Origin: a virus
Lineage: Duplodnaviria > Heunggongvirae > Uroviricota > Caudoviricetes
Direction: 5' to 3' (one strand)
Virus record (IMG/VR): IMGVR_UViG_2861038214_000004
DNA length: 51,754 bases
Shown here: piece after piece, positions 1 to 8,600 of the stretch
Position numbering within the stretch: position 1 is the first letter of the stretch
Layout: every line of letters begins with the position of its first letter
Program-made: the position numbers and the translations under genes
The notes under the pieces: generated by a model
Told to the model about the DNA's origin: nothing
The model's input: the letters and a program-made list of their open reading frames with translations, nothing else
Database searches by the model: none

Positions 1-477
1 ATGAAACTCATCAGTAACGATCTGCGCGATGGCGATAAATTGCCGCATCGTCATGTCTTTAACGGCATGGGTTACGATGGCGATAATATTTCACCGCATC
101 TGGCGTGGGATGATGTTCCTGCGGGAACGAAAAGTTTTGTTGTCACCTGCTACGACCCGGATGCGCCAACCGGCTCCGGCTGGTGGCACTGGGTAGTTGT
201 TAACTTACCCGCTGATACCCGCGTATTACCGCAAGGGTTTGGCTCTGGTCTGGTAGCAATGCCAGACGGCGTTTTGCAGACGCGTACCGACTTTGGTAAA
301 ACCGGGTACGATGGCGCAGCACCGCCGAAAGGCGAAACTCATCGCTACATTTTTACCGTTCACGCGCTGGATATAGAACGTATTGATGTCGATGAAGGTG
401 CCAGCGGCGCGATGGTCGGGTTTAACGTTCATTTCCACTCTCTGGCAAGCGCCTCGATTACTGCGATGTTTAGTTAA
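1..477 (+). CDS. ybhB: YbhB, PEBP/RKIP-family kinase-inhibitor-like protein; host gene flanking attB-lambda
   Basis: 158-aa ORF recognised as E. coli YbhB from recall; sits beside the lambda att core as expected for the gal-bio attB locus. Confidence 0.85.
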   Translation: MKLISNDLRDGDKLPHRHVFNGMGYDGDNISPHLAWDDVPAGTKSFVVTCYDPDAPTGSGWWHWVVVNLPADTRVLPQGFGSGLVAMPDGVLQTRTDFGKTGYDGAAPPKGETHRYIFTVHALDIERIDVDEGASGAMVGFNVHFHSLASASITAMFS

Positions 478-566
478 TCACTCTGCCAGATGGCGCAATG
501 CCATCTGGTATCACTTAAAGGTATTAAAAACAACTTTTTGTCTTTTTACCTTCCCGTTTCGCTCAA

Positions 567-581
567 GTTAGTATAAAAAAG
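567..581. repeat. attR: att common core on the attR side: TTAGTATAAAAAAGC, reverse complement of lambda core GCTTTTTTATACTAA
   Basis: Exact 15-bp core; host-type sequence (cttgagcgaaacgg in rc) on the ybhB side and phage P-arm sequence on the other; identical core repeated at 50410..50424. Confidence 0.85.
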
Positions 582-725
582 CTGAACGCGAAACAGCAAA
601 AGCCAATAATATCAATGTGTTAAAATACATTTAGTCTAAAAAATAGACTGCATGATACTACAAAACACAACATATCCAGTCACTATGAATCAACTACTTA
701 GATGGTATTAGTGACCTGTAACAGA
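582..725. other. attP P-arm portion of attR with Int arm-type site motif
   Basis: Sequence resembles the reverse complement of the lambda P arm, including CAGTCACTAT arm-type motif; central part diverged. Confidence 0.55.
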
Positions 726-728
726 GCA

Positions 729-768
729 TTAGCGCAAGGTGATTTTTGTCTTCTTGCGCTAATTTTTT
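729..768 (+). terminator. tI/sib-like intrinsic terminator just beyond the P arm
   Basis: 10-bp perfect stem ttagcgcaag / cttgcgctaa with 14-nt loop followed by TTTTTT; position matches where int-derived transcripts run across att into the b region. Confidence 0.55.
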
Positions 769-1138
769 GTCATCAAACCTGTTGTACTCCAGAGAAGCGC
801 AACGCCTCGCAATCCAGTGCAAAGCTTTGCTTGCCCCCACTACGACCTGCATAACCAGTAAGAAGATAGCAGTGATGTCAAACGACGCAGATGTCTGCTT
901 TTCTTTCACGACTCCCCCCCCTAGCATGCATACCTTTCTGTCACAACTGTGAGTTGTTCACATATTCAGGAAAACGCCTCAATTACACCTTTGCGTCGGA
1001 CCACTACTTTAAGTACCAACTGCATTATCCACACTAGTAAGCCCTGCAAGAATTTGTTATCAATAGAGATAGAACAAACACGAGCGAAACCATGATGAAA
1101 AGCATGCGATTTTCTCTCTAAACATGTTAGGAGGTTAG

Positions 1139-1981
1139 ATGGAACGATTGAGAGAACAATACCAAGAAAGAATAAACAGTGTCCTCCTTGACGGCTTTGA
1201 GAAGGAATTATTGGACTCTGCCTTTATTAATCTTTTGACACCGACCCCACTTAGGTTGAACAATTTTGCATATGCTCTACGTGAACTAACAAGGCATGTT
1301 TTACACCGGTTAGCACCAGATGATGAGCTTCAGCAATGCCAATGGTTTTCGCCTGATCAGACATCATCAACAGGAATTACTCGAAAACATCGCATTAAAT
1401 TTGCGATTCAAGGAGGGCTTTCTGATTTCTATGTAACGAAAAAACTTTGCATTGATGAGATAGATAAGGTGTCAAGCGAATTGATTGCTATCATCAATCG
1501 TCTAAGTGGATTTACACATATAGAAGAAGCAACATTCAAAAGCTCAATCGAAAATACTGAAAGAACCGCAGATGAATGTCTTTCAGCAACTCTTGACTTT
1601 GTTAACAAGATTGATGAACTGAGAGCCGAAGTTGCAGATAAGCTCTTCGATGATATCAATGGAGTTCTGATCGACAGAATAAACAGCGAATCGGTTGTTG
1701 AGTTAATGGAAATATCGCCACATCAGTACATTGATGAAATAACAGCAGAAAACATTTCTGTTGTTAAAATTGGCGTAAGCTCTATGGAGATGCATGTCGA
1801 TGGGAGAATAGGAGCGACCTTAATGTACGGCTCAGCATCCGATCGGCGTAAAGGAGATGGAGCTGAAATTCCGGCCTCGTTTCCCGTATACAGTGAAATG
1901 GAAGTTCTATTTAAACAACCATTGGGCAGTGCCATTAACCTAAATCAGTTTAGCGTAGATATTTCGAGCTGGTATGAGTAA
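1139..1981 (+). CDS. hypothetical protein, 280 aa, no recognised family
   Basis: Long ORF preceded by strong RBS (taggaggttag then ATG); AT-rich; between attR and the remnant-rich b region. Confidence 0.6.
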   Translation: MERLREQYQERINSVLLDGFEKELLDSAFINLLTPTPLRLNNFAYALRELTRHVLHRLAPDDELQQCQWFSPDQTSSTGITRKHRIKFAIQGGLSDFYVTKKLCIDEIDKVSSELIAIINRLSGFTHIEEATFKSSIENTERTADECLSATLDFVNKIDELRAEVADKLFDDINGVLIDRINSESVVELMEISPHQYIDEITAENISVVKIGVSSMEMHVDGRIGATLMYGSASDRRKGDGAEIPASFPVYSEMEVLFKQPLGSAINLNQFSVDISSWYE

Positions 1982-2036
1982 GCCTCCTAACAAGACTAAG
2001 CACTGCGAAGATTTTTCCATTACGCCTTTGCCTCCA

Positions 2037-2270
2037 CTACAAAGCCGCGCATGCTAGCGGCGTTATCAACGTCAGTTTCTGGCACAGGGTTGCTGTTGCA
2101 GCCCTGACAAACTTAGAGTTCTCTAACGCGTAATCGAATTCAATGCCCAGATAACGGACTGTGCTTTCCTGTTTCTTATAACCCAACAGAAGTTGGATTG
2201 TAAGTATCCCGCTTAAACGGACCATTTGGTCTTTGTTCCACGGTGACGTGTTCATACTCAAATCTCCCAC
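2037..2270 (-). pseudogene. tyrosine recombinase C-terminal fragment (remnant)
   Basis: Translation contains LTIQLLLGYKKQESTVRYLGIE resembling the C-terminal LLGH...Y box of Xer/integrase-type recombinases; N-terminal catalytic region absent; GTG start lies inside an inverted repeat. Confidence 0.4.
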
Positions 2271-2290
2271 ATTGCAGGAGATTTGAGTAT
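2254..2290. repeat. perfect 14-bp inverted repeat (atactcaaatctcc / ggagatttgagtat) with 9-bp spacer
   Basis: Read directly from sequence; no flanking T-run on either strand, so not a typical intrinsic terminator. Confidence 0.6.
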
Positions 2291-2481
2291 GGTTGTCCCT
2301 TATGAGCGAAGAACGGACTGAGTAATTCAGGCCGTTAGCGACACTATGGCATCATTAGCAACCAACTAGGAGTTGGTAATAGATGAGTTAATTAATTGAT
2401 TAAAAACCGACGATTTTACTAGATTACGGGAAGAAGAAAGGCCGCTGGTACGGCCTCCCAGAGACTGGTCTATTGTTATGC

Positions 2482-2679
2482 TTAGAAACGCTTTTCTATC
2501 TCTTTTTCTCTTTCGTTTATTGCATCGTCAATGATTTTTTTTGCTGAATTAATTTGTGGTGTTTTTTCTGGTAATACATCTTCAAGATCTTTGGCAACTT
2601 TCTTTAATTTATCGATTTCTTTAGTTAAATCAGTTACAGATTTATCCGCTATTGACTTTGTCATTTTTCCATATTCCAT
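2482..2679 (-). CDS. small hypothetical charged/coiled-coil-like protein, 65 aa
   Basis: ORF only; no clear RBS; lies between two recombinase fragments. Confidence 0.25.
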   Translation of the reverse strand: MEYGKMTKSIADKSVTDLTKEIDKLKKVAKDLEDVLPEKTPQINSAKKIIDDAINEREKEIEKRF

Positions 2680-2873
2680 TCAATTTATTTATCAATCAGT
2701 TACCCGTAAACCTTATCATGGATTCCAATTATCGACAGCTGGGATTTTTACTTTCTTGATCTGCCCCCGGCGAATGACATATCCCCATTAACCAATGTCC
2801 GCTCCTAGCACTTAGTAGACATTAATAGATTGTAAGCGTTCCCGTCATGTAGCGGTCACCGATTGGTGACGAA

Positions 2874-3233
2874 TTGAAGCGGATCATTGATGAAAGTCGC
2901 AATAACGTGGCCAGCCCATTTATCGTTCACCAGATCCCGGAACGGCAGGTTAAACGCAGCAAAGAAGTTTCTCATCCCACTCAAGTTGCACCAGACTATT
3001 TGAGTCGGTCGTTTTCAGCTACGCGTGACAAGCTGGGTTTATATGACAAACGGCCGATGGATGAAAGGCCAACCTTTCACGAAATTCGCGCCTTAGCAGC
3101 ACATCTTTTTGATCAGCAGGGCATCGATCCACAAGGACGAATGGCACACAGCGATGCGAAATCAACTAAAATCTACACGCAAAACCATATCGACTGGGTT
3201 GTAGTTCCACATGGAGAAATTAAAGCCAGCTAG
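2874..3233 (+). pseudogene. lambda-Int-family integrase C-terminal fragment
   Basis: C-terminal ~60 aa (PTFHEIRALAAHLF...KIYTQ) align by eye with lambda Int C-terminus (PTFHELRSLSARLY...ASQY); no N-terminal or core-binding domains upstream. Confidence 0.6.
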
Positions 3234-3340
3234 CACCAAGTAAGGCATAGAATTTTATTAACCAAGGAGCATATGACCAGTAATTAATTCTTACCGGAAA
3301 GTTAGCCCTGCTAAAATTAATATTAACAAATAAAAAAATA

Positions 3341-3363
3341 GGGGCAAATATTTATATTTGCCC
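3341..3363. terminator. palindromic hairpin flanked by A/T runs; likely bidirectional terminator ending the NTase-2TM operon
   Basis: gggcaaatat..atatttgccc 10-bp stem; T-run follows on minus strand immediately after the 2TM gene stop. Confidence 0.5.
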
Positions 3364-3374
3364 TCGCAACATAT

Positions 3375-3956
3375 TTATCTTCTTTTCAGTTCCTTGGGAA
3401 GAAAAGCATCTATTTCTTCTTCAGAAAATGTTAAATCTTCTTTGTTTTTTAATGCGTCCTGTGCTTTTTTATAAGCTTCAAATGTTGTACTAGGAGAGCC
3501 TGAATACACTGAATGTAAACTCTCGAGTAACGAATCCCGCTCTGACTGCAATTGCTCGATTGGTTTTTCACCCATTGCTAAGTCTGTAAGCAATGATAAA
3601 TACTTTTCTCGGATTAACCAGATCTCATTTGCAGCCTGCTTATGTTTTTGCGCCAACTCACCAAGGTCATAATCTTTGGTATAAGCGTTAAGAATGAGAA
3701 GCAGTGTTGAAACAACAATCCCAACCCCCGTGCCTACTTCACCCGCGCCGAAAAAAGTTGCTAGAAAGCCTCCAGTAGTTAAGGCGGAGAGAATTATTTG
3801 CCAAAACTTTATAGAAGATAGTCGAGATAGGAGAATGTCTGAGCATTTTTCATGCGTCTTATGTGAGTAAACGACCCGACCATAACACTCTCTGATCTGC
3901 CCTTCTAAAACCCTTCTAGATTCAGGTGTATCCTTAGTCTGGAAATGTTGATCCAT
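3375..3956 (-). CDS. two-transmembrane-helix protein, SLATT-like candidate effector
   Basis: Two adjacent hydrophobic helices (FWQIILSALTTGGFLATFF and VGIVVSTLLLILNAY) followed by a charged helical tail; start chosen at internal ATG with GGGAG RBS (ORF track start 4013); overlaps upstream NTase gene by 23 nt. Confidence 0.6.
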   Translation of the reverse strand: MDQHFQTKDTPESRRVLEGQIRECYGRVVYSHKTHEKCSDILLSRLSSIKFWQIILSALTTGGFLATFFGAGEVGTGVGIVVSTLLLILNAYTKDYDLGELAQKHKQAANEIWLIREKYLSLLTDLAMGEKPIEQLQSERDSLLESLHSVYSGSPSTTFEAYKKAQDALKNKEDLTFSEEEIDAFLPKELKRR

Positions 3957-4815
3957 AAATCTCCCGCCATTTTTGCTTAGCCGACCATTCGCGTTTTGGG
4001 GTCGCCATTTCATGCTCTATAGCTTCGAGTGAAATGTTATAGCACCGTTTTGCTTTATATTGGAAAAGCCCTTTACCATAGACATACTGACCACTTCCTG
4101 GCGCTTTCCAATACTCCTTACTCGTATCTTGATCAGCCATCCATTTGAAGAAATCACGACTCATCAAATCGTAGTAAAGATACGACTTATCTCTATGCGC
4201 CCAATTTTCAATGAATTGATACGCAAGCGTATCAATGAGTAAACCACTTATAGGTACATCCCATTTACGCTTCCAAGCTCTTGCCATTCTACAAAGTTGC
4301 ACCAAATTGTTATTGGTAATGTTATTTCTTAACCTCATTGCAGAAATTTCTGGCTTTGGATTTGTAATCCTCCAACGGCCACCACCGTTCGCATCAGGAA
4401 ATGTGTAACTATCACTAACATTGAGGAAAGCTGGAACGACTTCAAATGTAATTCCATCATTGAACGGTACAAGGATCACTTGACCGTCACCTCTAATACT
4501 AGTGGTAGCATAGGTTTTTTCAATAGATCTCTTAACCGCTTGAAGCAATGCTGACTGCCCATTTCCTAAGTAGCTATTGTATTTTTGATACTCGGAATAT
4601 GGTAGCTGAAAAATCATATCCAGATCGCTCAAGCCTTGCGTAGCTGTGTTCCGACCATATGATCCAACGTAGAGACTATGAGAAGTATCAGAACTGCTAT
4701 CCCAAAAATCCGTATTTAAACGCTTCGTTATATTCCTATATCTAGTTGAAATTGTTCCACCATCTTTTACAGTAAGATTGGAGCAAAATCCGCAAAACCA
4801 CTCAGCTAAACCCAT
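3934..4815 (-). CDS. Pol-beta-superfamily nucleotidyltransferase, SMODS/CD-NTase-like
   Basis: Motif VGSYGRNTATQGLSDLDMIF fits the GS...DxD active site of minimal/SMODS nucleotidyltransferases; ATG at 4815 with AAGGAA RBS (track start 4821 is TTG). Confidence 0.7.
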   Translation of the reverse strand: MGLAEWFCGFCSNLTVKDGGTISTRYRNITKRLNTDFWDSSSDTSHSLYVGSYGRNTATQGLSDLDMIFQLPYSEYQKYNSYLGNGQSALLQAVKRSIEKTYATTSIRGDGQVILVPFNDGITFEVVPAFLNVSDSYTFPDANGGGRWRITNPKPEISAMRLRNNITNNNLVQLCRMARAWKRKWDVPISGLLIDTLAYQFIENWAHRDKSYLYYDLMSRDFFKWMADQDTSKEYWKAPGSGQYVYGKGLFQYKAKRCYNISLEAIEHEMATPKREWSAKQKWREIYGSTFPD

Positions 4816-5108
4816 GCTCAATTCCTTTTCTAAAATCTAATGAAAAATTCAAGGGCGCATGTTCCATGCATCATTGATAACTTTTTTCAGTCAGCTGGAG
4901 TAACATAATTGATACTAACTAGCTGTTTCTTCAAGTGAGTAACCTACTTTAGCATCAAGGTATTATACCTACCAAGCATGGGGAGAAACCACCACTTAAG
5001 CCATTGAAGTATATAGAGCAGATTTTGTTGAAAAAGCACTGTTTGTTTATACATATGAATAGTGCTTTTAACCAGCAATAGCGCGGCTCTCAGCGTTTTA
5101 CAAGCAGT

Positions 5109-5156
5109 GTCATGGGGTGTCGGGGATCGGAAGTTCAAATCCTCTCGTGCCGACCA
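5109..5156 (+). tRNA. partial (pseudo) tRNA-Pro: 3' ~48 nt only, resembling proM; not a functional tRNA gene
   Basis: GTCATGGGGTGTCGGGGaTCGGAaGTTCAAATCCTCTCGTGCCGACCA matches the 3' portion of E. coli proM from recall with 2 mismatches; the 5' half of the tRNA is absent. Confidence 0.7.
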
Positions 5157-5169
5157 AAAAGATTATATA

Positions 5170-5196
5170 AACCAGCCTGTTATTGCTGGTTTTTTA
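5170..5196 (+). terminator. intrinsic terminator following the tRNA fragment
   Basis: aaccagc / gctggtt stem with 8-nt loop followed by TTTTTT. Confidence 0.6.
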
Positions 5197-5675
5197 TGCC
5201 TACCTTCCTGGTAGGGAAGCTATGGGGAATTACTGGGGAATCCCCCCCTTTACCTGCTCCCATTAAACTAACATAGCACGATGTAAGCAACTTCCGCTTC
5301 TGGCACATAGCAGGCCTAGAGACAGTGGCGTAAAGTCATGGAGGATAGGTGGGAGGAGGTAAAAATCCTCTCATACAAAAATACGTAAAATCGATAACAG
5401 CTTGAAATCATTCAATACTCGCACTATCGGAAGTTCACCAGCCAACCGCAGCACGTCCTGCATACGTCGTGTCTGCGGTTTTTCTTTTTCGCTTACATTG
5501 TGTCTGGTTCTTCCGGCCACTCAATATCAGGTGCAGTTGATGTATCAACACGGTTCAGCAACACCCGATACTTTTTCCATGCGGCCAGTAACGCTTTCTC
5601 TTCCTCCGTTGCGATTTCCAGCTCAACAACAGTCTGAACGTACCGGGAACAGCCTCCTTCAGAGCTTGAAGGATA

Positions 5676-8600
5676 TCAATGTTCGCTTCCTGTTAACTGC
5701 CGGACAAGTGCAACCAGTTCGCTTACCTGATTTTCCAGAGTGCTGATCCGGGTGCCTGCTGTTGCCAGATTTTGACGTAGCGTTGTGTTTTCCTCTTCCA
5801 GCGCGGTAACGCGATCATCTGTTTCACGGGCGACCTGAACAAGTAAACCCGTCACGGCGGCGTAGTCAACATTAAGATAGCGCGTTTCTTCGCGTAGCTC
5901 GTTGCCGTCAACGGTCGGGCCTTGCAACTCTTCACCGTAATGGATGAATGAACCAACGGCCTCCGGGATGGCCTCTTCAACTTCCTGGGCTATAACCCCG
6001 GCGCAATGTGCCCCATTCTCCTTGAGCGTGTACGTGTATCCATTAATTTTGCGGATTGCGTCAGTCGCGTTATCGATAATCTCGATATTTTCTTTCAGTC
6101 TGCGGTCTGATGACTGATTCAGTGTGGTGCAGTTAACACTTCCGTTTACAGTAAGGTTTTGCCCGTCTGTTGTTTTTTGCGCATAAAACAGATACGCAGC
6201 AGACGTGCCAACCTCAAAAACGTTTTGTCGAGTACTGGAACCCCACACCCTGATACTAACTGGTAGTTCTGAATTACCTGAATTAAGTAAAGCAAAACGA
6301 TTGCCAGTCCCTGTTTGTTTTCTAATTACTAAATCGGCAGTTGAGTTAACCTCATCTTTGTTGATGGTTAGCGCCTGCGCTGTAGCACCGTTAACAGTGC
6401 CACTTAGTAGTTGAACCGCTCCATCATCGCCATTTAACAGCACTTGAGCGCTGCTTCTGTGGTTTTTCAGGAACAACATTTTGCCTGTGCTTTCTGATGT
6501 GCCTACCGACCACGCCGAATTGGTTCCAGTGCTATCAACACCACGAACGGTACAATTCATGCTGCCATAATCTGACGTACTTCCAAGCACATCAATCCGC
6601 CCGCCACCTAATTTTGATGGAGTCGTCGAGGTTAACGACCTGACGGTTACATCCTGATTCCATCCGGAAACAACAACCTGACTCCACGCTGTCCAGTTTC
6701 CATTAACAACAAAGCGAACGTATATACGTTTTGTGTCGCTGTTAATCAGCGTTTGCATGTTCGCATAATCTGAATCCCTAACCTTACGAGTCGATTCAAC
6801 ACGGAGCAAAAAGTTACCTGTTACGCCGTCAGGCTTGTTGGTGATATTTGCACCACCTGCAGAGGATGGACAAATATAGTATTTAACTGCCCCGGCATCT
6901 GACTTGATGATGGTCAGGTTGTTAAGATTAACCGTCTGGCCGTCAATGTTTTCCGGCTCGATGGCTCCTGCTATCCCGGCACTGAACGTAGCAACGGCTG
7001 AAAACGCTGTCGTACCTTTGAAAGCCAGTTGACCACCAATCGTTAATCCCTTGTCGAGTTTCGCTTGCGTGATCAATTTGCTGTTTTGTTTCTGATCAGG
7101 ACTCTCACCAAAAGCCAGATCCCCATTAGTATCAATTCCAAGATACTTTGGGTTCATGTTGTCTAACTTAAACCCAATGGACACATTTTCAGAAGAACCA
7201 GAACGCGTTAAAACCAACGGCGTGTGCTGTACTCCATAGATGCTTAGCGTAGTTGCCGATGAGTCAGTGTCGGTATTTGCAATCTCAATCGTTCTGCTTT
7301 TAATTTTATACGCTACTGTGAGATCACGGACTTCAACCCTCCCGTCGTGACGAACAACAAGATCCCCTCCTGATGTCCCCCCTGCTGTCTTTGCCCTGAT
7401 GCGAACTTCGCCAAGCGAATCAGTGTTAGGACCAGCATAGATTATGCCGCGCTCTGTGTTATCGCCAGTATAAAACCGCAAAGCGGTGACTCCACTGTCT
7501 GCCCGCAGGAAGACTGACGGTGTACCTTTTTTGATTGTCAAGTCACCGGTCATTGTATCGCCGGTTTTTTTTACCTGCGCATCGTTCGTTACGTTGCCAA
7601 GTCCAACATCCGATTTCGACGGCTTGTTTGCCGAGCCGTATAGCTCATTGACGCTAAAAGTCCCGTTGTTAAGCCGGGCATCGTTGCCGGCATAGATCTT
7701 AATCTTCGCGGTTGAGTAGTCGATATTGATCGCTGACCACGTATCGCCGCACCGCGAGAATATACCAGAACCGTGGCTATAAATGGTCGCCGTGCTTCCG
7801 GTCGGCTTATCACCGCGCCAGAAATGACCACCTTTGTCACGCAGAGCTTTTAAGATCTCTACATCGCTCATCTTGCCGTTTGTTGATATCCCGCTACCGC
7901 CAAGACCGAAAGCGCCTGTAAGCATCGCATTTTCAAGGCCCAAATCTGCTTTAGTCGGCTTGTTTAACTGGTCGTAAATCCTTACAACGGGGCTTTCAAC
8001 ATATCCAGAAGGCGCGGCGGTTTGCTTAACAAATCCGTCTGGGATGTATAATTCTGTGCGTGCCGTCTGCGCCAGCACCGCAACCTTTGCGTCGTTAATA
8101 AACGCACCCTGGAATGCCCAAACCTCAATAAAGCCGTCACCTTTAACCAGGCCGTAACGCATCTGGTTGTTATCGGTCAGCCCGGTTGACCCTAAGCGGC
8201 GTATACTCAGATGACGAGAAACATTATCCGCACTAAGCAAAGAAGGCAGACCGCGCGCCGAGATCTCGATAAAGTCAATGTTTCCGTAAGGGGAGCCGTA
8301 GTTACCAGCGTTAGTAACCATTAGCGTTACATGACTTCTGCTGGTTCCAGGATCGGAAAGTTTCGCGATCTTGATGTAAAGAGACTCACTAGCAGTAACA
8401 ACAGGCCAATCGTATTGCGTCATCGGGCTGACGAGTCCCCCGACCTTGTCGAGATATTCTTTCGCCTTGTTCTCTGACGCTTTAGCGTTGGTTTCGCTGA
8501 CCTTTGCTGCTGACTCACTATTTTTCGCGTTGGTTTCTGATTTTTTGGCTGCTGTCGCGGAATTTGCCGATGCAGTTTGTGAGTCTGCTGCCGCCTGTGC

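Noticed and set aside
1-477. Identification of the first gene as DLP12 ybcL (the other E. coli PEBP-family paralog)
   Set aside because: The gene sits next to the lambda att core opposite ybhC, which is the ybhB position; the sequence fits YbhB as recalled.
4944-5138. 64-aa minus-strand ORF upstream of the nucleotidyltransferase gene
   Set aside because: Overlaps the tRNA-Pro fragment and the promoter region of the operon; no RBS and no recognisable features.
5109-5156. Functional tRNA-Pro gene
   Set aside because: Only the 3' ~48 nt (anticodon-arm remnant, T-arm and acceptor 3' strand) are present, with 2 mismatches to proM; no 5' acceptor strand or D-arm, so it cannot fold into a tRNA.
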